A stretch of DNA of 64,000 bases from Microthyrium microscopicum (taxonomy: Eukaryota), in contig MU004233.1 in assembly GCA_010405405.1 (NCBI GenBank), positions 1,253,122 to 1,317,121 of the forward strand. Reading direction: 5' to 3'. Both the position numbers and the translations under genes were made by a program. A model generated the notes under the pieces. It was not told the origin of the DNA. It did no database searches and was given only the letters and a program-made list of their open reading frames with translations. Shown one piece after another: positions 25,809 through 38,900 of the stretch (its first letter is position 1; every line of letters starts with the position of its first letter).

Positions 25809-25922
25809 ACTGTCAACTACGATAGCTGTCATCGGAGTGTGATGTCTTCCATCAAGGGCCATAGCTTCCATCAAGTGCGATAATTTCCATCAAGTGCGAT
25901 AATTTGCATCAACTACGATACC
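25809..25922. repeat. Degenerate 19-bp minisatellite (TTCCATCAAGTGCGATAAT-like), 4 clear and ~2 decayed units
   Basis: Units at 25847-25865, 25866-25884, 25885-25903 and 25904-25922; the middle two are identical. It lies between the 3' ends of two convergent genes. Confidence 0.75.
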
Positions 25923-26010
25923 ACTAATCAAGATCGACGTCCTTCACGGTTCCAGAATTTCTGACTTGACAGCGTCAAAGACTAGGGTAATTGCATTGTT
26001 TCTAATCATC

Positions 26011-27018
26011 TCATACCGGATCATCCACATCATCCACAAACCCATCAACCGTCTCATCAATGTATCCACCATCCTCGTTCCCTCCATCCTCACCACCGCG
26101 CTGAAACGCCCTATCCTCCTCTTCCTCTCTCTTCCTCTGCTCCTCCATTTCCCCCGCCCACAGCGCCGCCCCAGCCGCACTCGTCAACAAAAACACCATA
26201 CTCAACACCGGAATCAACTGCAGCACCAAGTAAACCGCCCCAAACCACGTAAACGCCCACTGTCTCTGTCGGACATATGCTCTCCTCTGCTTCTTACTGA
26301 ACCCCCGCAGTGCAAAATACCGCCACTGCAACAACGGCCCCGCTCTATACCCCGTCGCGAGCAAAAACAACGGCACGCCCACCCACGGAACCAAATTCAG
26401 CGGCAGCAGCAGCACAAACTCCACAATCTGCCTCACACTAAACGGCGCAAAAATCGCTGTCCCCGCCGGTCTCCCCAACCGCGTCCGCGCATCCAATGGC
26501 TTACGCACCCCATCTTCCACACTAACTTCCAACCCCAGCACAGGCCGCGATGCTTTGACGAGCTCTTCGTGCCCGCGTGCGACGAGGATGGCATCGTAGA
26601 CGTCGACTTGGGTGGCGTCGACGAGCCAGGCTTCAAAGAGGAGGGCGGTGAGACCGGCGGATTCAGAGAGGACGAGGATGGCGGCGTTGAAGAGGGCGGA
26701 TGCGCGGCCGTGGAATAGGGTGAGGAGGAGGACTTGCGGGAGGTAGGTGAAGAGGAAGAGGAGGACGAGGATGATGGTGCTTAGGAGGAGGGCGGGGAGG
26801 AGGCGGGCGCGTAGTAGTGGGTGGAGAAAGGGGTGGGCTATGAAATATGGGATGCCCTACGGATGTTGTTAGTATGATGTTTGTGGGAGATGTTGGGGAC
26901 TTGCTTTGAGGGGATAGGTTCCGCCGCCTTTGGTAATGGCTTCATGGAGGCGATGGAGGATGGAGGAGATGGATTGTGGTGGCTGCGGTCTCGTTTTAGG
27001 AGCTGGTTGCGAGCTCAT
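26011..27018 (-). CDS. EI24-family / Lds-Rrt8-like polytopic membrane protein (~319 aa, 2 exons, GC-AG intron)
   Basis: Exon 27018-26905 (MSSQP...GTYPLK), intron 26904-26857, exon 26856-26011 (GIPYFIAHP...). Motifs LLLPLNLVPWVGVPLF, G..AGP...RYFALRG and FG.V..VLQLIP..S..FL.T.AAGAALWA are typical of this fungal family. Confidence 0.85.
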
Positions 27019-27144
27019 CTTGGAGAATGGATAGTCGTTCTCATGAGGGTAATGTAGGCTTTGTCCAGTTTTGAGCGAGGGAAGGTTATGTACAGGAAGG
27101 GAGTTGTAGATGACGAGAAATTGTTGTTGATGTTGGGATGAATA

Positions 27145-27176
27145 GGGAGGGTTAGCAAACGAAATCCTGCAACATT
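27145..27176 (+). repeat. Left terminal inverted repeat of element A
   Basis: GGGAGGGTTAGCAAACGAAATCCTGCAACATT is the exact reverse complement of 62611-62642. Confidence 0.95.
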
Positions 27177-30100
27177 TATTTGCAGATCTTTACCCAAAAT
27201 AGCTAGTAAATAAAAACGAGAAGTTGTTGCTAGATCTAAGGTCTAATAGCAACTTCTTAAATTCTTCTCCTTGAATTAGTCTAGTAGTACTATTTTAGGT
27301 ATAGCCTAAAGCCTATTTTAACGTTAGATTTATTTATCTATAAGTCTAAGAATATTGTTAGAAGGCATTATATTAAAAGTATTAAAGCTATTAAAGTTAA
27401 TAAAGTTATAATAAACGCTAGTATAGCTATAAGTAGTAAAATACTATATAAATCTATTTATATTATTAGTATATATTTAAATCTATAATACTTACTTAAT
27501 AATACTAATTCCTTATTAAAAGAGTTAATTTAATACTCTCTATAATTATAGGAATTATAAAATAAGCTAGAATTATAGTATCTAGAGTTATTTAAGAAAG
27601 TTTATAACGTTAATAAAATAGCTTTTATATAAATATTCTATAGTAGGGTATATTTTAACTAAAATCCTAATATCTAGTTTATTATAAGCTTATAGATATA
27701 AGAATTTAACTAGAGAACTAATTTATAGTAAATAGCGCCACTATAGGATCTCTAGCTCTAACTATAATATAGGAATATATACTAAAATAGTACTATACTA
27801 TAATCTTTAGATTAGTTTATACTAATATTACTATTATAAAGCTAGCTAGAGCCTTATTTACTTCTTTTTTTTTTAGTAAGTAGTTCTTACTATACTAGTA
27901 CCTAAATTTTTAGTTTCTATAACTCTAATATCTTTAATATTAGGGAGCTACGAATACAAGGGGTGCAATCTAGATATAGATATAATTTAAGAAAACTAAG
28001 ACAGAGAATCTAGAAGAGAGATTAGAGCTAGTAAGAGATAAGCTCTATACTAGCTAAACCTTAGGCGCTAAGCCCTTAGCATTATATAATAAGGATACTA
28101 AAAATCTTATAAAGAAATCTTAATAGAGAGGATCTATAATAATACTTCCTCCTCTAATATTAGTACTCCTAAGCTAATTTAACTATATAGAATAACGCTA
28201 TAATAAGTATAAAATATATTATAACTATAATAATAAAAGTAAAGAGTTTAATATCCTTCTATATATAATACTATAAGTATCTATTCCTTACTACTCTCTA
28301 GCCTACTAAGGTAATTATTAAGTAGTATTAATAAACTATAAAATATCCTTAGAATACTTTAGTTTACAAAAGTATTAGGACACTACTATAATAATAATAA
28401 TAACCTTACTAATTATAGAGAATACTATTAGAGTTATATTCTTTATTCTTCTTTTTCTAAGGATTAATAAATAACTTATAGAGGCCTAGTTTTATAGGAT
28501 TATAATTATAAAACTCTATAATAAGCTTAGGGTATAATTTAAGATTTATTTATAATTACTAATCTAGGTTATAATTCTAATTATTCTATCTAGTAAATTT
28601 AACTTTATATTAAAATATTTTCTTCTTACTTTTTCTTTACTAATTATACTAATAGCTATTAATAATATAATTAACTAACTATTCCTACTTATTATTATTT
28701 CTTTCTAGATTAGTAATAGCTAAGGGGTTATTAAGTTCTTATAGCATAGTAGCGCCTTTAAAAATAAGGTATAAAAGCTAAGCGTAAAAAATAGAGTATA
28801 TTTTTATTTTCTTAAAAAGATTAAGCTTATAAGTAAGTATATTAATTTTCTTTAAGATCTTAAATAGGCTAGTAGATTTATTATTAAGTAATTTAGAAAA
28901 GTAAAGAGTCTTATAGTAGTATATATCTAGACATATCTAGTTACCTAGTTTAAAATTAGGTACTAGATAGTAGTATTAATTAACTTACTTATTTATTAGT
29001 ACTTAGAACTATAAAATTTACTTATAAAGGTAGTTACGTAAGTCTTATCTATTTTTAAGGAATATATCTATAAAGCGTTATTTATTCTATGCTAGCTTAG
29101 AGCCTATATATACTTTACCTAGTATAACTAGTTTTAAGCTAGATTATAGTAGTAAGCTATTAAGTACTTTAAATAAACTTATTTTAGTAGTAGCGTAAAT
29201 AGCGTAATTAGCTTTAAACTTAGTAAATAGTAGGAGTTTAACCTAATTATTTTATTAGTAATTAATAAAGTATTATAAGTAAGCTTTTAGAGCTTATACT
29301 ACAATCTTAATAATATTATTAAATTATAAGTACTAAGTAGTAGTAAAGCGGATTATTACTTCTACTTACTTATATAAGTAGTACTAAAAGGCTAAAGTAA
29401 ATTAGAATCTATAATTAAATAAGATAAAGTCTAGCTAGCTAGTATACTTCTAAATCTAGTTAAAAAATACTAATACTATTATCTAGACGCTAAAGTTAAC
29501 TAAGAGTATAAAGTAGTAGATATAAGTAAGTCTATTAACTACTATTATAGCGTAGTAATAAATAACTTCTAAATAGACGTATAGTAGTAACGTAATAACA
29601 AAGTTAATTAAGATATTAGCCTATATATAGTCTAGTAGGGAGAATAACTATAGTAAGCCTTATTTCTTTTATATTACTAGCTTAGAGAAAGTATAGTAGT
29701 ATTATTTTATATACTATTTAACGTCTTCTACTATATAAGGCTAGTAGTAGAACTAAGATAGACGTTAATAGGTTATAGTAGTACCTCTATATTCTATAAT
29801 CTTATAATTATATATATATTATATTATATAATAGTAAAGTTTCCTATAAGGAACTAGTAGGCACTAGTAATATTAAATAATTTTATCTATAAGGACTTAA
29901 TAGTCTTTAAGCTTAATAGATTTATATTCTAATATACTATAAGGCAAGTAGTAATATTGCGCTACTTTATAGTTATAAATAGCTTAAATAAGCTTATCCT
30001 TTTTACTTACTTTACTAATATCCTTCTATAATATTTCTAGATTAATAAGTATATTTTCTATCTTAGGATAACTAGTTAATTCCCCTAAGGTTAGAGCGTC

Positions 30101-32934
30101 CTTAGGATAACTTCCTATAGTTAAATTACTAGTTAACTTCTCTTCTATAGTAAATATATTAACTTTATTAGTAATAATTATAGCTAACTTAATTATTAAA
30201 GAGCGTTTACCCTAAACTAATATAGTTACTACCTTAATAGCTTAACGCATATTATAAGTAATTATATTAGATATATAGCATATACTATAGGTATTAGTAA
30301 AATAGTAGAGAAATAGTATAAAACGTACTTATTATATAACTCGTAAGTTATTATTAAATTATAGTAGGTCCTAAGACTATTAAGTAAGAGTATTAGCTTT
30401 AGCGTTTAATAGTCTATTATAGTATTTAATTTTAAATTAGAATTATAATAGGAACTTTACTTAACATACTTAATAGTAAGAGAGCTTTTTTATAAATATA
30501 AATAATCTTAAGTTAAGATAATCTATATAGACTTTAATAAGATTATTAGTAAAGAATAGCTCTAGTTCTTATTCTTTAAATATATAGATAATTATAAGTA
30601 ATTCCTTATTATAAATATTATAGTTATACTCTACTAGTATTATCTTTTTAGATAAGAAGGTAACTAAGTAAAGTTCTTTATTATTATTCTTCTATAAAAA
30701 GATTACTATAGTAACCTAATTAAAAGCATTAGTTTTAAGCTAAGTTTCTTTATTAGGATTAAAATATTATAAGATTAGTACTATAATAAAAGCTTTCTTT
30801 AGAGCTTTAAAAGTAGCTTCTTTAAGGCTATCTAGGTTCTAGGGATATTATTAAGAAACATCTTTTTTAGTAAGTACTATTATTAGTACTATAATTTTTA
30901 AGTATTCTTTAATAAATTAGTAGTAAAAGTTTATAAAGCCTAAGAATATCTAGATATCTTTAAGTAATAATAGGCATTACTATTTTAGCACTACTTCTAC
31001 TTTCTTTTTATCTATAAAGATTCTATTAAGAGTAATAATAATACTAAAGTATTTAACGCTCTTAGTTATAAATTCTAACTTAGTAATATTAAGATAGAGG
31101 CTAGCTTTCTCTAGCTTATTAAGAATTAGATAGATATAAGTAATATACTCTTCTTTAGTTTTACTCTAAATAAGAACATTATCTAAGTATATAGTAATAA
31201 AGTTATCTAAATATTTATAGATAATGCTATTAATAAAGGCTTAGAATATTTTAAGGAAGCTAGTTATATTAAATAGTATAATAAGGGATTTAAATAGGCT
31301 ATAGTAGATAAGAAAAGCAGTTTTGTATTTATTACTTTTATAAATATAAATATTATTAAAGGTAGTAATAATATTAAATTTAGAGAAGAATTTAGCTTTA
31401 TAGATCTTTGTAAGAGTTTTAATAAGAAGTAGTAGAATATTCTAATTCTTTAAGGTAATTTTGTTTAATCTATAGTAATCTATATAGACTTAGATACCTC
31501 TACCTAGTTTATTAATATAAAGAATTAGTAAGGCGTATTAAGAAGTACTTTTATAAATAAAGCCTTTCCTAAGCATATTTTTAATATACTCTTTAATAAC
31601 TTAAACTTATTAGCGCAATATTCTATAAGACTTCTATATAGGTACTTTAGCTTATAGATCTATTATAATAGAGTAATTAAATCTAAGATAATAAAGTAAT
31701 AATTTATTAGCTTATACTAAGTTAAAAAGGTAGATATATTAGTAAAATTCTTTAAAAATTAAGCTAAGTAATTCTTCTTATATTAATAGATCTTATTTAA
31801 GCTTCTCTTACTATTTAGTATAATTTTCTATTAAGATTACTATAATGCTAGTAATATTATACTAAGGAATAAAATCTAGATCTTCTTCTTCTTCTAATAT
31901 ATTAAAATCTTCTTTATATAATATAAAGAATTAATTTTTCTCTTACTATATTAGAGTTATAAATATATAAAGAGAAATAATATAGATATTAAGAATATTC
32001 TTATCCTTCTTTTCTATAACTACTTAGCCTCTATAATTAACTATAATAGGGTAGTATAAAGCTATATAGCTTTAAAGATAATACTTAGAATAGAAGCCTA
32101 GTATTTACTAGCCTCCTTAGAGTATAACTTTATATTTATTAACCTAAGAGTCTCTAAAGATAATATTATAGTTAGTAATTTCTATAATAAAGTATAAAGC
32201 TTACTTAAGGTAAATACTAATCTAAAGGGTAATAAATACTATATAGGTTATAGTAGTAATAATATATCTATTAGCTATCTTAGCTTAATATAGTCTTAAT
32301 ATTTTAATAGATTTAATACTATAAAGTTAGAGGTAATAAGGATTAATAATACTAAATATACTATTATTAGTATTAATAAGAACTTTTACTTTAGTATAAG
32401 AGCTATCTAAGAGAAAGATACTTCTTATAGTACTCTATTATTATCCTACTTTTAGGATAGCGTTAGTTTCTAGTAATTAATTAATTAGTAAATAAGTAGT
32501 AAATATATAGACTATTACTATGCTATAATAAGGTTCTTCCTTAGATTTAGATTTATTTAAGTAAGTTTAGATAGCTTTTATTTAGCGTTTCTTTTATTTA
32601 TTTTACGCCTTATTAGAGTTTAGCTTATCTACGTATTAATATAAAGAAGCTATATATTTCCTTAGTATTAGCTATAGAATAGAAATATATCTTTATTATC
32701 TTCTATACTTAGAGTATAGTATAACTAAGAAATATAAATTAAAGCTAATTTAGTTTAAATATTATTATTAAATATAGCGTCTTTATCTTAGTAGGATATA
32801 GTTTTAGATTATAGATTATAGCCTTTATTACTATATTATAAGTAGTATTCTTCTTTCTTAAAGTATAAGAATAGGACGTTACTATAATATAGAATTATTT
32901 TCTAAGTATTCTTATTCTTATCCTTATCCTTATC

Positions 32935-35900
32935 TATTAGGGGTTAAACTCCCTAAAGCTATGCCCATTTAGGCTACCCCTATTATATATAAACACCTTA
33001 ATTAAAGAGTCTCTTAACTTTTCTTTCTCTCTAAGTTACCTTCCTATTTAGTAGGCTTATAATATAACTTATCTCTTCGTTATCTAACCTATAATATTAA
33101 GTAACTTTAAAACTAACTCCTCTTTTTACCTACTCCTTCTCTATCTATTAATAAATAACTAGAATAATAGACTAAGATTTCTCTTACCTAATGACTACTA
33201 AATAGAATAAAGAAACGTCCTTTAAAGGCTTTATTTATAAGAACGTAGAAGTATACTTTACGTATATTAACTAATAATAAATAGAGCTATAGAACTACTT
33301 AAATATATTTTAGGAGGTAACTAATAATAGCTTATAATAAGTAATAGATAGTATTTTATTACTTAATAATACGCTTAATTTATCTATCTTATAATTACGT
33401 ATAACTACTACTAATTATAGATAAGCTCTATAATAACTAAATAAGTTAACTAGCAAAATTTATATATAATTAAATAAGAATATATAATAAATTATAGTAG
33501 TCTATACTAAACTCTAAGCCTAAGTTAATAGCTAAAATAAATAGCTTACTAATATCTACGCTAATAGTAAGATCTTTATATAATAAGTAAATAATACTAC
33601 TTATAAAATACTAACCTAGTAATAATAATAGAAATAAGAATAACTCTAGAAGGAATCTATAATGCCTAGTATAACTCTTTCTTTAATATTAACTATACCC
33701 TTTATTAAAGAAACCTTTAACTATAGCTACTACCCTCCTCTAATTCTATAAACTAATCCTCTTTAGACTTTAATCGTAATAATTAGATTAATAGCCCCTT
33801 CTCTACCTCCTCTAATAAATCCTTTAGCTACCTAATATAAGCTACTTTAACTACTACTATAAAACCTCTAACTAGCTCTCCTAAACTTAAAATAATATCT
33901 ATATAAGGACCTAACCCTTTATTCTAATTTTTACTAAATAATTAAAGTAAAATTATATATTAATAAATAAATTTATATAAATAACTATGCCTAAATTTAC
34001 TATATATTTAGCTAGCTTATAAAAAACGTTACTTAATAAGTTCTTCTCTAGATTTAGAATTCTATTAGCTATAGCATTATAAGTTTTAGTAAGTTTATAA
34101 AATAAATAAACCTTCTCTTTTATAACCTATATAAAAAAATAAAAGCTTTAATAAACCTCTAAAAGATTTAATAAGAAGGTAAAGAATAGAGAATCTTTTA
34201 GGCTAAGTTTTAATAATATCTTATCTATACTAAAGTATAATTTTAGGCTACCTCTATTTAAATATAGTTCTTAAAAAACGCTATAAATTCTAATCTTAAG
34301 ACTACTCTAATTACTTACTTCTAGCCTAATAATTTAGATACCTTTACTTAAGAAGCTTTAAAGACCTAAGATTAAATAGTTTAAGCCTATATAAGCTATT
34401 ATAGCCTAAGAGACTTAAGTGCTAAAATAAATACTTAATAAAGTTAACTATTTAGGAATTAGGACCTAAACGTAATAAAAGGTATCTAAATTAAAGCTAG
34501 CTAAGCCTAATATAACTACTATAAGCAAAATAACCTTTATTTTTACTATAGCTTAGCTAATTATAAGATTTAGGATTATAAATAGATACCCTAAGTATTA
34601 TTTAGAAATTAGAATTCCTTTTATAGCTAGGCTAGCTATAGATAAGGATAAGGCAAAAAAGGTACTACTAGAAGTAAATACCTATAAGATAATACTAGTA
34701 GATTCTAGGTTAGTACTACTAACGTTCTAAACGTCCTTTAAAGTAGCTAGCTAATAAGGGCTATTACTACTTAGCTAAGAAATAATAACCCTTATAATAA
34801 TTTATATAATATTACTAACGTAGAATTAAAAAATTAGTAAGCTTAAATTAAAGACGTAATACTAAGCTAAAAAATTATAAAAATATTATTTTAAAATAGC
34901 ATTAGAAGTTCTTTACTTAAGATATAGTTATAAAGTCCTTTTTAATACCTTTAATAATAAATTAACTTTCTTTATATATAGGCTTTATTAATAATAACTA
35001 CTTAACCTATTTCCTTATAAGTCTCTACTTTACTTAAAGACGTAAACTTAAATATATACTACTACCTTAAGTAATTCTTATTAAAACAATAAATAGTAAG
35101 GTTAAAGAAATCTATAAAATAGTAATTATAAAAATTAATATTAAAGGCTATAAAGAAACTATTTAAGCCTTTATAATAAAAAAGACCTTAAGCTATAATA
35201 TAATCTTTAGCCTACCTTAGATAAAGAAATAAGATATTATTCTCTATATAAAACCTAAGAAGCTAGTCTTTAATGAAATAAATTATATAGTTATAAGTCT
35301 AAAGACTCCTTAAAAGAAATATAACTACGTAGCAATTAGAGCTATAGTATTTAAAATACTTACCTAATAAGCTAAAAAGTAGGCAAGATAGTCTTAAAAA
35401 GGCTTAATACTAATTATATAAGTCTTTACTATAAGTCTTTATAACTTATAAAAAGCCCTTACTCTAAAGAAGTATATTAACTCTTATAAAAAGCTTCCTA
35501 AATAGTATTTAGATTACCTTAACCTCTTTTAAAGAAAGCTAGCTAATAAATAGCTACCTATCTAAGGCTCTTCTATAAACTATAAGATTAACCTAATCCT
35601 AGATACTAATAGAAAGAAACCTTAGTTACTTTAGTAGATATTATACTCTATAAATTAAAATAAATTACTAGCTCTTAGAAGAATTCTTAATAATCTATTA
35701 GAAAGTAGGTTTATTTAAGTAAGTAACTTACTTACTAGAGTACTAGTTCTTTTTATTTATAAAGTAAATAGATTAATTTAGTTTTATTATAACTACTACG
35801 CGTTAAATAAGTTAACTATAAAGGATTATTACTTCTTACTACTTATTTATAAGATACTAAATACCTTAAAAAAAGTATAATAGTTTATTAAGCTAGATAT

Positions 35901-38900
35901 ATCTTAAGTATTTTATAAGATTTAGATATATAAAAGTAATAAGTAAAAAATAGCCTTTTAAATATAATATAGCTTATTTAAATAAATAGTAATACTATTT
36001 AAGTTATTAAATACTCTAAGTATCTTTTAGAGGTTTATTAACTCTACTCTTTAGAATATCTTAAATAACTATATTTCTATATATTTAGATAACGTCTTAA
36101 TTTTTAGCTTAAATACTAAGAAGTAATATAAGGCCTATGTCTATAAAGTCTTTAAGTAGCTATAAAAAGCAAAACTCTATCTTAATATCTAAAAGTATAA
36201 ATTTGTAATTATTTAGATAATATACCTAAGCTATATTATTAAAGCTAAATAAGAAATCTTAATAGACTTAGCTAAAATTAAAGTAATTTAAGAATAAAAA
36301 GCTTCTAAGAACGTTTATAGAGTTTAAGCTTTTCTTAGCTTTATTAACTTCTATTATAGGTTTATACTAAACTTTTAAATAATTATAGAACTTCTTATTT
36401 AACTTACTTAAAAGAACGTTCTTTTCTTATTTAAAGACCTAGAGAGAGCTATATTTAAGAAGCTAAAATAGCTCTTTATTACTAACTAAATACTAGCTCT
36501 ATTTAACTATAATAAAGAGACTCTTATCTATACTAACTTTTTTAGTTACTCTTTAGAAGCTATATTAGTATAAAAGAATAAAATAGGTAAGTTTTAACTA
36601 ATAGCTTATTTCTCTAAAAAGTATAACTCTACTTAAAGTAACTACCTAATCTATAATAAAAAAATACTTATAATTATACTTACTCTAAAAGAATAGAACT
36701 TAGAGCTATAAGTAGTAGAAAAGTTTAAAGTAATATCTAATTATAAGAACCTAGAGTATTTTATAAAATTATAAAAGCTTATAGAAAAATATATTTAATA
36801 ATCTATTAAACTTATAAAGTATAATATAATAATTAAGTATTAACTAAGCTTATAGAATAGTATAATAAATAGTCTTTCTTATTATAAATAAGATATACTT
36901 TAGGACGTAGCTAATAAGAAGATCTAGGCTAGAACCTTTTAACTACTTTATATCTAAGAAGATTAATTACTTAAACTACTATAAGCCTTACTTATCTATA
37001 TTACTATTCTTCTTATAGTAGTTAAAAATAAATTAGTAGAGACTTTATTAGCTAATAAAGCTCTAATCTTTAGCTTACTACTATTAATATTAAATATCTT
37101 TAAACTATTAGTAACCTAATAAAATAAGGTAGTATAGGCTAATAATATTTATTAAGTAGCCTATTAGATAATTAAAGCTAGTAGATAAAAGTTTCTTTTA
37201 TTAATTATAAGTATTAAGATCTCTATTCCTAACTACTTAATTAATAGTAAGGATTACTTTTACTAGAAAGGATAACTATAGATTCTAAATCTAGAATCTT
37301 TATAAATAGTAATATTATAAGTAGCTTATACGTCCTTAATCTAAGGCTATTCTAGCTATAAAGGTATTTACTAAGCTCTATAGCTATATTTCTTCTAGCT
37401 TAAAATTATAGCTAATATAAGACGTTTTATAAAAAATTATAGTATATATAGCTAATTAAAAGTTAGTTATAAATAGAAAAGAGGCTTTTTAAAGCTTTTA
37501 TTTATCTTAAGCTAATAATAGTAAGAACTATTTATAGATTTTATAATAGACCTTTCTTTATTAAATAAATATATAATCTTAATAGTTATTATTAATTAGC
37601 TAAGTAAAGAAGTAATCTTAATTCTTCTTACTTAGAGAGAAGCTAAAAACATTATAGCTATTTTCTTATAACGCGTCTATTTTCTTTATAGTATTCTTAA
37701 CGTAATTATCTATAATTATAACTTAATATTTATAAAAGACTTCTAAATAAAGTTCTATATACTACTATAAATAGAGCTATAGCTATTAACTATATTTTAT
37801 CTTTAGATAAATAGCTCTATAAAATAGCAAAACTTAAATATTAAAGCTAAAGTATAAATATATATAAATTATATATAATTAAACTAGTTCTTACTAATAT
37901 TAATACTTTAACTTATACTTAACTTATAATACTTATCTATAATAAAACTCTTATTCTTCTTTTTATTCTATAGCTTTAAAAACTCTACTTTCTTAAACTT
38001 TCCTAAATAAGCTTTCTTATCTAAATAGAAGGATACTCTAAAAGAGAAGAAGGAAGAAGCTACTTATATAATTTTAAAAGCTATAGAATAGGCTTAAGAT
38101 ACTATAACTTTTATTTAAGAAAGAATATAGAAATAAGCTAACTAAATAAGAATCTAAACGCTTAAGTATAAAGTTAGTAATTAGGTCTAGCTAGACCTAA
38201 AGAATACTAAGACTAAATAAGTAAAAAAGAAGTTTAATTACTATTACTCTAAGTTCTAAGTTATAAAGATAGTAAGCTTATATATAATTATATTAAATAC
38301 GTTATAGAGAATTAAGAAATTCTATATTAACCTACTTAGACTAGTAATAGATAACCTATTCTTAAGTTAAGATACTAATAATTCTTATCTACTATTAATC
38401 TTAGTTAAAGACTTAGATAAAGAAGAATAAGAGAAGTAGCTAGTAGAGGAGATTATAGCTAAAAAATATAAAAAGATAATAAAGGATAAACTTTATATAG
38501 TCTATATTATTAAATAGGTAGAGTATCTAGATATAATAGAAGAACTAATTAACTTTATTAAATAGTTAGAAGCCTATATAAAGTAAATAGAGAAAATAAA
38601 GTATATATAAGATAATTATAAAAGATTAGTACTAAACTAGTCTATTTTTTAAGTATAACTAAGATTAAAAACTAGTCCTTCTATTATAGTAATTAACTTT
38701 ATAGAGATATAATTAAAAATGCTATCTATAACTTATATATAGAAATACTTTTTTTTTATTTATACTAAGACCTTCTTTTCTACTAAATAAAACTAGAAAA
38801 TTATAAAAATATAAGAAAACTAAAAAAATAAGATATATCTAATAAACCTCTACTACTAAGGAAGATAAACTTAAGTAGTACCTTAGAGTATAGAAGAACT

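Noticed and set aside
25966..26718. 250-aa plus-strand ORF
   Set aside because: Antisense shadow of the GC-rich, codon-biased EI24-like gene.
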